Shown here in pieces: positions 8,892 through 16,993 of a stretch of 64,000 bases of DNA. The translations under genes were made by a program, and so were the position numbers. The DNA comes from Myxococcota bacterium (lineage in GTDB: Bacteria > Myxococcota_A > UBA796 > SXON01): the NCBI GenBank assembly GCA_040386535.1, contig JAZKFH010000006.1, positions 35,980 to 99,979 on the forward strand, written 5' to 3'. The notes beneath the pieces are model-generated. The model worked only from the letters and a program-made list of their open reading frames with translations. It searched no databases and was not told the DNA's origin. Each line of letters opens with the position of its first letter. Positions within the stretch are counted from its first letter, which is position 1.

Positions 8892-11828
8892 TCAGCCCCG
8901 GCGCCGCCGCATCCCCAACGCCGCCACGAGCAACAACGCCGCGGGCCCATAGCCACCCGGTCCGGCGGCGCTCGTGCAGCCGCAACCCCCCTCGTCGTCT
9001 ACCTCGTCGGGGTTCCCACCTTCGGCGGCGTCGGCCCCGTCGCAGTCCTGGTCGATGCCGTCGTCCGGGACGTCGGTGGCGGTGGGGTGCACGGTGTCGT
9101 CCGTGTCCTCGCAGTCATCGCCGCCGCTGGCCAGGGCGTCGTGGCTGTCGCCGTCCTGGTCGTCGTCGGAGGCCCCGTCGCAGTCCTGGTCCACGCCGTC
9201 GTACCAGGTCTCGGCCGCGCCCGGCGACACGTCCGCGCGCGTGTCGTCACAATCGGGGCCACCGGCCTCGGCCGCCACGGAGCCGTCCTCGTCCACGAGA
9301 TCGGTGCCGTCGCAGTCCTGGTCGATGCCGTCGTACGCGATCTCGATCGTGGGCAGGGCCCGCGTGGCGTCGGCATCGTCGCAGTCGTCCGCGTTGGCGA
9401 CGTAGCCGGCGGGCGCATCGCAGGCGTCGACGTCGGCGCTGGCGTTGCCGTAGCCGTCCCCGTCGGCGTCGCGGTACCAGGTCACGGCGCCGACGGCGGC
9501 GTCGTCCACCCCCCCGTCACAGTCCTCGTCGCGCCCGTCGCACGTCTCCGTCGCGCCGGGGTGGATGGTGGGATCGCCCTCGTCGCAGTCCGCGTCGCTC
9601 GCCCAGCCGTCCGCGTCGTCGTCCGTGTAGGCGGCGCCCGCGCCGCCGTAGGCGCCGATGTCGCTGCGGGTGCCGTCCACGTCCGTCCACTCGGGGGTCC
9701 CGGCGTCGACGAGGAGGGAGTCGGCCGCGAGGAGCAGCGAGTCGTTGTCGCAGTCGCCGTCGAGGGTGTAGTCGGCGAGGCCGGGATCGACCGTCGTGTT
9801 GCCGAAGGAGCTCGTGGAGAACGTGAACGTGCCCGAGCTGTCGGCCGAGGTGTTGTCGTAGAAGTTGTCGTACGAGGCGCGTACATACGCCCCGGACGTG
9901 GCGTCGGAGGCGTGCAGTGCGCCGCCGTCCTGGGTGTAGGCGAAGATGTTGTTGATCAGGTCGCCCTCGGCCGAGGCGAAGTACAACCCGCCGCCCGACG
10001 CACCGGCGTCGTTTCCGACGAGCGTGTTGTTCGTGAGGCTCCAGGCGTCGGTCGTGGTCACGTAGAACGCCCCGCCGTTCCCGTTCGCCACGTTCTCCTG
10101 GAAGACGTTGTTGGTCCAGGCGGCGGCGCCGCTGTCCTCGTCGTAGACCGCACCGCCCGCGTACGCGAGGTTTCCGCAGAACCGGGAGTTGTCGACCGAC
10201 GTGGTCGTCGACGACGTGGTGTAGACCGCGCCTCCACCCTCCCCCGCGTTGAACCCCGCGCTGTTCTCCACGAACCGCGCTCGGGACATCCTCAACGTGA
10301 TGCTCTCGCTGTACAACCCGCCGCCGTTGGCGTCCGCGACATTGCCGTCGAAGGACACGTCGGCGACGTCGAGCGTGCCGACCCGCACGTACGCGCCCCC
10401 GCCGTTGTTCTCCGTCGAATTGTCCGTGAACGTGGCGCGCCGGAGGTCCGCGACCGTGCCGCTCAGGAACAGCGCGCCGCCGAGATCGCCCGCGACGTTG
10501 CCCACGAACACGAGGTCGTGGAGCGTCGCGTCGTCGGCGCTGTAGACGTACAGCCCGCCACCACTCTGGTAGGCGCTCGCTTGGTTTCCGGTGAAGGTCG
10601 AGTCGAGCACCGAGACGGTGCCCGCGTCCAGGATCGCGAGCGCGCCGCCGTTCTCACCCTCGTTGTCCTCGAAGGTGCACGATGCCACGGAGGCGCTGTC
10701 GGGCTCCAGGTGGACGGCACCGCCGGCGAGCGCGCTGGCGTTCCGCCGAAAGGTGGAGTCGGAGAGCGTGACCGAGTCCATGTCGACCGCGTAGATCGCG
10801 CCGCCGTACATCGACTCCTGGTCGTCGAACGTGCTTCCGGTCACGGAGAGGGTGCCGCCGTCGGCGTAGATGGCGCCGCCACGGTCGTCCGCGGCGTTGG
10901 AGTCGAACACGGAGTCGGTGATCGTGACGGTGGCGCCCTCGGAGTAGATGGCGCCGCCTTTCCTCTCCCCCAGGTTGTCCGTGAACGTTCCCCGGATCAC
11001 GGTGAGCGTCACCTCTCGGTCCACCTGCAGGGCCCCACCCTCGAAGGCGTAGTTGTCGGTGAAGGCCACGTCTTCGAGCACGATCGCGCTGCTTCCCGTC
11101 GCGACGATGGTGCCGCTCGAGCCCGAGCTGGAGGACGATGTCTTTCGGTTGTTCTCGAACACGTCGCCCACGGCCGTGAACGACACGTCGGAGAGGTACA
11201 TCCCGACCGCGACCGCGCCGACGTGGTCCGCCCAACGGGTGTCCCGGTAGTTGATCGTGGCGTATTGCGCGGAGAGGCCCCGCTCGGGGCCGCTGATCGT
11301 GCACGCGTCGAGGTCGAGCGTCACCGCCTCGGTCTCACCGCGGGCGGACAGCCACGATTCCTCGTTCACCTCGGTGCGCGTGAGTGACAGGTGCGCGCCG
11401 TCCAGGATCGACACCCCGCTCGCCTCGGTGAACACGCTGTCCACGAACGAGACCGTCGAGCCCAGGAACCGCGCGTCCGTCCCGACGCCTCCGGCCCCGG
11501 TCACGATCATGTCCTCGAACGCCGCTGTCGAGCCCTCGACGTAGATGCCGTTGAAGCCCGCGTTCGTCACCGTGAAGCCCATCATCGTCACGCTCTCGCC
11601 CTGAACGATGTTGATGGCGTTCTCGCAGAAGCCGCCCACGCCGATCTCGGTCGCGGCGCTGCCGTCCACGCCCACGATCGTGAGGTCCTTGCCGTCCGTG
11701 TCGAGGCAGTTCCAGTAGCTCCCGGCGGCGACCTCGATGGTGTCCCCATCCGCAGCGTCGGTGATCGCGTCGGCGATGGAGACGTAGGTCGCGCCCCCGC
11801 CGGCGTCGACGGTGAGCGCCCGCGCGCG
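8892..11828 (-). CDS. Secreted right-handed beta-helix (Pmp-type GGAI/FxxN repeats) protein with Asp/Cys metal-binding repeats and a MYXO-CTERM-like tail; 5' end lacks start codon and signal peptide
   Basis: Repeated FxxN...GGA(I/L)Y, then DCDD...PGA.E.CDG.D.DCDG repeats, then C-terminal GGCGC...LLLVAALGMRRRRG. The frame stays open to 11828 (RARALTVDAGGGATYVSIADAI...). First GTG is at 11675. Confidence 0.85.
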   Translation of the reverse strand, partial: RARALTVDAGGGATYVSIADAITDAADGDTIEVAAGSYWNCLDTDGKDLTIVGVDGSAATEIGVGGFCENAINIVQGESVTMMGFTVTNAGFNGIYVEGSTAAFEDMIVTGAGGVGTDARFLGSTVSFVDSVFTEASGVSILDGAHLSLTRTEVNEESWLSARGETEAVTLDLDACTISGPERGLSAQYATINYRDTRWADHVGAVAVGMYLSDVSFTAVGDVFENNRKTSSSSSGSSGTIVATGSSAIVLEDVAFTDNYAFEGGALQVDREVTLTVIRGTFTDNLGERKGGAIYSEGATVTITDSVFDSNAADDRGGAIYADGGTLSVTGSTFDDQESMYGGAIYAVDMDSVTLSDSTFRRNASALAGGAVHLEPDSASVASCTFEDNEGENGGALAILDAGTVSVLDSTFTGNQASAYQSGGGLYVYSADDATLHDLVFVGNVAGDLGGALFLSGTVADLRRATFTDNSTENNGGGAYVRVGTLDVADVSFDGNVADANGGGLYSESITLRMSRARFVENSAGFNAGEGGGAVYTTSSTTTSVDNSRFCGNLAYAGGAVYDEDSGAAAWTNNVFQENVANGNGGAFYVTTTDAWSLTNNTLVGNDAGASGGGLYFASAEGDLINNIFAYTQDGGALHASDATSGAYVRASYDNFYDNTSADSSGTFTFSTSSFGNTTVDPGLADYTLDGDCDNDSLLLAADSLLVDAGTPEWTDVDGTRSDIGAYGGAGAAYTDDDADGWASDADCDEGDPTIHPGATETCDGRDEDCDGGVDDAAVGAVTWYRDADGDGYGNASADVDACDAPAGYVANADDCDDADATRALPTIEIAYDGIDQDCDGTDLVDEDGSVAAEAGGPDCDDTRADVSPGAAETWYDGVDQDCDGASDDDQDGDSHDALASGGDDCEDTDDTVHPTATDVPDDGIDQDCDGADAAEGGNPDEVDDEGGCGCTSAAGPGGYGPAALLLVAALGMRRRRG

Positions 11829-12230
11829 CTACCCCGGAAGCCGCTCGAAACCGGGCATTCCGTCCGGGATGTGGTGGAAGGCTTGCGCGTCGATGGTGTA
11901 GATCGCGATGGCGGGCTGAAAGACGGACGGGTCGTCGAGCGTCCCGACCTTGAGGATGACCGCCGGGAACCGCGGACGCCGGGTGACGATGTGGGTGCCA
12001 CAATCGGCGCAGAACTCGCGCGTCACGGGCCGATCCAGGTCGCTACGGCTGAACCGCTTGGGCTCCCCCTTCGTGTAGGCGAACCCGGCGATCGGCATGG
12101 CCAGGAAGAGGTTGGGCGCCCCGCCGGTGAGGTACTGGCACTCGCGGCAGTGGCATTGCGCCTTCATCAACGGCTCGCCCTCGGCCACGTACCGCAACGC
12201 GCCGCAGTAACAACCACCCTCGACTCTCAT
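11829..12230 (-). CDS. GFA family protein (glutathione-dependent formaldehyde-activating enzyme/CENP-V)
   Basis: EGGCYCGALRY, QCHCRECQ and REFCADCGT motifs; GGAGG SD before ATG 12230. Confidence 0.92.
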   Translation of the reverse strand: MRVEGGCYCGALRYVAEGEPLMKAQCHCRECQYLTGGAPNLFLAMPIAGFAYTKGEPKRFSRSDLDRPVTREFCADCGTHIVTRRPRFPAVILKVGTLDDPSVFQPAIAIYTIDAQAFHHIPDGMPGFERLPG

Positions 12231-12276
12231 GCTCGCCTCCGTGGTCTCGCGCCCTATCTCGGCCATCCCCCCCGCT

Positions 12277-13209
12277 TCACCCCCGCCAACAAACGCAGCG
12301 CGCGCACACCGGGTTGCTCGCCACCTCCAGCGCGCGGCGCTCGGGGCGGGCCGCCCGCATCGCCGCGCGCACGCCGTCCGCGGTCCCGGCGGAGGACTCG
12401 AGGAAGAAACAATGCCGCCATCCTCCCGTCGGATCGACGACGCCCGAGGTCCACGGCGCCGAGCACTTCGCGGGGTCGGTCCGCCCCTCGGAGAGCAGCA
12501 CGAGCCGCTCCTTGGCGTACGTCGACATCACGACGAACGGATCGTCGCGCACGGCCGCCAGGAACGCCCGTAGGAGCGCCACCTGGTCGGGCCCAGGCCG
12601 CCGGCCGCGCTCCGATCCCCGCTCGCCGAAGCCGCCGCTGCTCGTATCGGCCGCGAGGAGGCTCATCTCCGTGCACCCCGCCTCCCGCGCGGCCTCCCGG
12701 ATCGCGCCGAGCTCGGGGATGTTCTCGGCCCACACGGTGACCCGCGCGTGCGCGTGGTGCCCGCCGAGCGCGCGGACGCCTTCCCGCACGGCGGTCAGCC
12801 CGCGCACGCCGCGCAGGCGCTCGTAGGTCTCCTCGGTGGCGGCATCCCAGGAGACGAAGACCCGCGCGGCGTGCGAACGAACGAGCGCGGCGTGTTTGCG
12901 GAGCGCCAGCCCGTTGGTGATCAACGAGACGGGCAGCTCTCGCGCGAGGGCCGGCAGGAGCTCCCCGATGTCCGGGTGCGCCAGCGGCTCGCCTCCGGTC
13001 AGCACGATCTCCGCGAACCCGAGCGCACGCGCCTCCCGCGCCAGCTCGATCCACCTCGACACCGGGAGCTCGCCCGGTTCCGGGTCACGAAAAGCGCACC
13101 CGGCGCACCGGCTCGTGCAACGGTGCGTCACGTCGAAGATGATCACCTCCGGCCGGATGAACCCCGTCGCCTGGAGCAGCTGGGCCCCGATCGCTCGCGC
13201 ACCACGCAT
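12277..13209 (-). CDS. Radical SAM protein with C-terminal SPASM/Twitch-like Cys motif
   Basis: CTSRCAGC (CX3CX2C), LTGGEPL, LITNG, and C-terminal CSAPW...HC...CARCVC. Confidence 0.9.
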   Translation of the reverse strand: MRGARAIGAQLLQATGFIRPEVIIFDVTHRCTSRCAGCAFRDPEPGELPVSRWIELAREARALGFAEIVLTGGEPLAHPDIGELLPALARELPVSLITNGLALRKHAALVRSHAARVFVSWDAATEETYERLRGVRGLTAVREGVRALGGHHAHARVTVWAENIPELGAIREAAREAGCTEMSLLAADTSSGGFGERGSERGRRPGPDQVALLRAFLAAVRDDPFVVMSTYAKERLVLLSEGRTDPAKCSAPWTSGVVDPTGGWRHCFFLESSAGTADGVRAAMRAARPERRALEVASNPVCARCVCWRG

Positions 13210-13382
13210 CGGGGGGGGCTTAGCACGGCGCCTGCGGTGCCTTGGCGGCGTGTGAGTAGAGGCACGGGCAGACGGACGGCCGCGGACGGCCGCCGCTGCG
13301 GCGGCCGGGGTGGCGGGGCGGGCGGGGGTGGCGGGGGTGGCGGGGCGGGGGTGGCGGGGGTGGTCCGCCCGCGCGCGGCGGG

Positions 13383-13566
13383 GTCATGCCCCTGCGAGTG
13401 CACGTTTTCCCGAGTCATGCCCGAGTGAATGCACCTCAGTGCGTGCGGTCCGGCGAACTCTCGGCGTTCGACCGTTGGCGCTCGGACCACGCCAGCCGCT
13501 GGAGGCTCGAGTTCGTGCACTCACGGGGGCATGACTTCGGAATCGCGGCGTTCATGGGGGCATGGC
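13383..13566. mobile_element. MITE-like element, copy 1: GTCATGCC...GGCATGAC ends built from 31-bp-period subrepeats
   Basis: Left GTCATGCC at 13383 and 13414; inverted right copies ending at 13535 and 13566. A related element lies at 47834-48038. Confidence 0.55.
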
Positions 13567-13578
13567 TGCTGATGATGC

Positions 13579-13736
13579 CCGCGCGAGGGGGCCGGAGGGC
13601 AGCGCGGGGCACGCCCGGGCCCGGGCCGGAGGCACCGCCGTGTTCACTGCCCCGCGGTGGTCCGCCCGCGCGCGGCGGGCGACGGAGGCCGAAGGCCGAC
13701 CCCGCAGGCCACCGACCGCCGCCGCCTCGGCGGGGG
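13579..13736 (+). repeat. ~160-bp GC-rich direct repeat, copy A (copy B at 14401-14559)
   Basis: Shared core ggtccgcccg...gcgggcgacggaggcc(g/a)aggccgaccccgcagg...ccgaccgccgccgc(c/a)tcggcgggg. Confidence 0.75.
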
Positions 13737-13741
13737 TCGCG

Positions 13742-14035
13742 CTACTCGTCGTCGTCAGCGAGCGGGCCCTCGGCCTGGCCCTTCTCGTAGTCGCGCTCGG
13801 CCTTGCGGATGGTCTCCTCCTTGGCCTCGCCGGGCTCGGGCGGCGGCAGGTCGGTGCCCGCGCGGCGCGCCTTCGAGAGCCCGATGGCGACGGCCTGCTC
13901 CCGCGACTTGATGTCGGGGTCGCCCGCCTTGAACTTCTCCATCTCCTCGCGCACGAACTCGCCCGCCTGCGTGGAGGGCGACTTGCCCTCGTCCTTGTCG
14001 GCGCGGGCGCGGTCGAGGGTGGACTTCTTCGGCAT
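13742..14035 (-). CDS. Small basic protein, DUF6496-like
   Basis: GKSPSTQAGEFVREEM...SREQAVAIGLSKARRAG motif; GGAGG SD before ATG 14035. Confidence 0.8.
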   Translation of the reverse strand: MPKKSTLDRARADKDEGKSPSTQAGEFVREEMEKFKAGDPDIKSREQAVAIGLSKARRAGTDLPPPEPGEAKEETIRKAERDYEKGQAEGPLADDDE

Positions 14036-14132
14036 GGGGCCTCCAGGGGGAGAAGGTAGGCACGGCGCCTCGTGCGGGGGGGTGACGATGGGTGGCGGGA
14101 GCGGCGGCGTGAGTGGGCGGCGAGCGAGCGGC

Positions 14133-14340
14133 GACTTCGACCGTGTATTGGACGAAGTCGGGGGACCTGTCGAACAGGTAGGCCGACTTCGACCGTGTGG
14201 CGGACGAAGTCGAGGGACCTTTCGAACAGGTGGGCGGACTTCGACCGTGTGGCGGACGGAGACGGGGGACCTGTCGAACAGGGGGGCCGAGTTCGACCGT
14301 GTGGCGGACAAAGGCGGGGGACCTGTCGAACACGGGGGCA
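14133..14340. repeat. Tandem array of 4 x 52-bp units with internal palindromes
   Basis: GA(C/G)TTCGACCGTGT units start at 14133, 14185, 14237 and 14289. Units contain GACTTCG...CGAAGTC and ACCTGT-CGA-ACAGG dyads. Confidence 0.9.
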
Positions 14341-14400
14341 GATCCCGCTCGATCGCGGGCACGCCGCCGTCCTCCGCCGCGTCGCCGCCGACCGACCGCG

Positions 14401-14559
14401 CCGCGCGAGGCATCCGGAGGGCGGCGCGGGGCTCCCGGGAGCTCCGGCCGGAGGCCACCGAGGAGTCCACGCCCCGCGACGGTCCGCCCGCCGGCAGCGG
14501 GCGACGGAGGCCGGAGGCCGACCCCGCAGGACGCCGACCGCCGCCGCATCGGCGGGGGG
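14401..14559 (+). repeat. ~160-bp GC-rich direct repeat, copy B
   Basis: Aligns by eye with 13579-13736. Confidence 0.75.
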
Positions 14560-14597
14560 CGCGCCCCAGGAGGTTTTCAAGAAACGCTGCGAACCCC

Positions 14598-15410
14598 CTA
14601 CATCCACCCCCGGACGAACGCGTACAACGGCCGCAACCCCGGCGCGTAGTACAGCTCGGCGCCGTAGAGCACGTAGAGGCCGCGGGCGCCCGTGGCGATC
14701 GCCGTCACCAGCACGGCGAGGCCGAGCCCGACGCCGTCCGCCCAGCCGAAACGCAGCGGCTCGCGCACGGCGCGGGGGGCGGTGGGGTGGAAGCCGCGGG
14801 TCTCGAGCGACTCGGCGAGGGCGCGCGCGCGGCGGAGGGCGCGGGCGACGACCGGACGCAAGAGCGCCGCTTCGAGGGTGAGCCACGCCCAGGGGGTGCG
14901 CTGCCAGAGCGGGCGGCCGCGGTGGGCGCGGGCGTGGCGGACGGCGAGCAGCTCCTCGCCGACGAGCGGGACGAAACGCAGCGCGGTGGCGCCCATGAGC
15001 GCGATGCCGAAGGGCACGCGCATCGCCAGGAGGCCCGCCACGAGCCGATCGGGCGCGGTGGAGAGCGCCACCCACAACCCCGCCGCGGTCAGCGCGAGGA
15101 ACCGCAGCGACTGGACGAGGCCGTGCACGACGCCCTCGCGACACAGGACGATCGACGGCTCGCGCGAGAGGACGAGCAGCGGCGTGCGCGGCCAGTCCGC
15201 CCAGAAGAGGCCCTGGGAGAGCGCCGTGGACCACGCGAGCAGCACGACCCCGGCGACGAACCGCAGGCGCCAGCCGACGGCGCGCGGATGGAGCATGGCG
15301 GCGAGCGACGTGGTGGCGGCGAGCAGGCCGAGGGGCAGCGCGCCCTCGAGGCAGAGCACGAGCAGGCCGAGGCAGAAGAGCACGCCGAGGCGGGCGCGAG
15401 GGTCGGTCAC
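14598..15410 (-). CDS. ecfT: ECF transporter transmembrane T component (CbiQ/EcfT family)
   Basis: DPRARL start, ALRFVPL...VRHARAHRG and ALRRARALAESLETRGF coupling-helix motifs. GTG overlaps the upstream stop. Confidence 0.9.
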   Translation of the reverse strand: MTDPRARLGVLFCLGLLVLCLEGALPLGLLAATTSLAAMLHPRAVGWRLRFVAGVVLLAWSTALSQGLFWADWPRTPLLVLSREPSIVLCREGVVHGLVQSLRFLALTAAGLWVALSTAPDRLVAGLLAMRVPFGIALMGATALRFVPLVGEELLAVRHARAHRGRPLWQRTPWAWLTLEAALLRPVVARALRRARALAESLETRGFHPTAPRAVREPLRFGWADGVGLGLAVLVTAIATGARGLYVLYGAELYYAPGLRPLYAFVRGWM

Positions 15411-16993
15411 GCGGCCTCCACCCAGGCGAGGAGGGCGGCGGGATCGCCGTAGGGCACGCCGAGATCGGCGCAGACGCGCGCGAGCGGCGGGAGCGGGAGC
15501 GGCAAGCCGTTGGCCTCGGCGGCGCGGAGGGTGGCGAGCGGGGGGCCGTCCCCGACGATGCGGCCGCGGTCGAGCACGATCACGCGCGTGGCGTGCCGCA
15601 AGACGACGTCGAGGTCGTGGCTCGCGAACAGGAGCGCGCTGTGCGGAGTGGCGCCGGATGCGCCCCCCAGCGCCACCGGCAGCCCCGCGAGCATGCGGTC
15701 GACCTGGTCGCGATCCTGGCCGCTGGTGGGCTCGTCGAGGACGAGGAGGCGGGGAGCGCACGCGAGCGCCGCGGCGACGGCGGTGCGGAGGCGCTGGCCG
15801 CGCGAGAGGGCCTGGGGCGGGCGGTCGAGCAGGTCCGCGATGGAGAGGGCGAGGGCCGCGCCGGCCACCCGCGTGGCGACCTCGAGGCGATGCAGGCGCG
15901 CCTCGACGGGGCCGTAGGCGAGCTCCGCCTGGACGGTCTCGTTGAAGAGGGAGAGGTCGGGGTTCTGGGGCACCTCGACGAGGCGCCCGGCGCGCGTCAC
16001 CCGGCCGCGGAGCGGACGCAGGCGGCCCGACACGAGGCCCAGCAGCGTGCTCTTGCCGGCGCCGTTGGCGCCTACGATCGCGACGCGCTCTCCGCTACTG
16101 ATACACAGTGATACATCGCTGATACATGCAGGTTCGCCCGGCCATGCGAACGATACATCCGATACATGTATCACGGATGTTTCACGTGGAACGGGGGGCT
16201 CGGCAGGGGGATCGGTGGGCGCGAGGATGGATGCGCGCCGCCGCCAGATACGCGTGCCGGTGTGCTCCGCGAGCTCGTCGAGCGCGGGGCCGTGGAGGCC
16301 GAGCGCACGCAGCGGGCCGGCGGAGGTGAGCGGATCGGCGACGACACGGCCCTGGTCCATCAGCACGGTGCGTGTCGCGAGCGGCATGGCGATCTCGAGG
16401 CGGTGCTCGATACACAGGACGGCGACGCCCTCGTCGGCGAGGCCGCGCAGGAGGGTCATCACCGCCCGAGCACCCGACGGGTCGAGCTGGGAGAGGGGCT
16501 CGTCCAACAGGAGGGCGCGCGCGCCCGCGGCGAGAGCCGCCCCGATCACCAGCTTCTGGCGCTGCCCGCCCGAGAGCGCGAACGGGGAGCGTTCGGCGCG
16601 CTCGGTGAGGCCGAGCTGGGTGAGCAGTTCTGATACACGGGCGGTGATACATTCGGGCGCAAAGCCGGCGCTCTCCAGGCCGAACGCGAGCTCGGCGGCG
16701 CAGGTGCCGGCGACCACGGCGTCGTCGGGATCCTGCCCCACGAACCCGAGCGTGGCGACACGCTGGGCCGCGACGAGCGTGGCGGGATCGTGCCCGCCGA
16801 CGGTGACGGTGCCGCCCACGCGCCCGTGGCCGTGCCGTTGGAGCAGGCCCGCCGCGAGCCGGAGCACGGTCGACTTGCCGCAGCCGGTGGGCCCCGTGAG
16901 CAGCACGAGCTCGCCCGGCGCGACGACCAGATCGATCGGGCCGACCGACACACCCGCGGGGTAGCGGTAGCTGGCGCCGGCGAGATGAATCAC
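15407..16993 (-). CDS. ECF transporter tandem ABC ATPase (fused A-A')
   Basis: Two Walker A motifs (GPTGCGKST, GANGAGKST), signatures LSGGQRQ and LSRGQRL, two LLDEP-type Walker B motifs. GTG at 16993 overlaps the upstream stop. Confidence 0.93.
   Translation of the reverse strand: MIHLAGASYRYPAGVSVGPIDLVVAPGELVLLTGPTGCGKSTVLRLAAGLLQRHGHGRVGGTVTVGGHDPATLVAAQRVATLGFVGQDPDDAVVAGTCAAELAFGLESAGFAPECITARVSELLTQLGLTERAERSPFALSGGQRQKLVIGAALAAGARALLLDEPLSQLDPSGARAVMTLLRGLADEGVAVLCIEHRLEIAMPLATRTVLMDQGRVVADPLTSAGPLRALGLHGPALDELAEHTGTRIWRRRASILAPTDPPAEPPVPRETSVIHVSDVSFAWPGEPACISDVSLCISSGERVAIVGANGAGKSTLLGLVSGRLRPLRGRVTRAGRLVEVPQNPDLSLFNETVQAELAYGPVEARLHRLEVATRVAGAALALSIADLLDRPPQALSRGQRLRTAVAAALACAPRLLVLDEPTSGQDRDQVDRMLAGLPVALGGASGATPHSALLFASHDLDVVLRHATRVIVLDRGRIVGDGPPLATLRAAEANGLPLPLPPLARVCADLGVPYGDPAALLAWVEAA
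16178..16193. promoter_or_regulatory. parS: parS-like centromere site inside the ATPase gene
   Basis: TGTTTCACGTGGAACG closely matches the bacterial parS palindrome TGTTTCACGTGAAACA. It encodes VPRET in the interdomain linker. Confidence 0.75.

Noticed and set aside
2886..11387. 2833-aa plus-strand ORF
   Set aside because: Antisense shadow of two real minus-strand genes, caused by high GC3; it has no recognisable motifs.
11829..11831. Pyrrolysine/selenocysteine recoding of the GFA stop
   Set aside because: The codon is TAG with no pyl genes in view, and a cytoplasmic GFA domain would not replace a signal peptide.
12277..13209. RiPP cluster around the radical SAM/SPASM-like gene
   Set aside because: No convincing precursor peptide, RRE/PqqD domain or dedicated exporter is adjacent.
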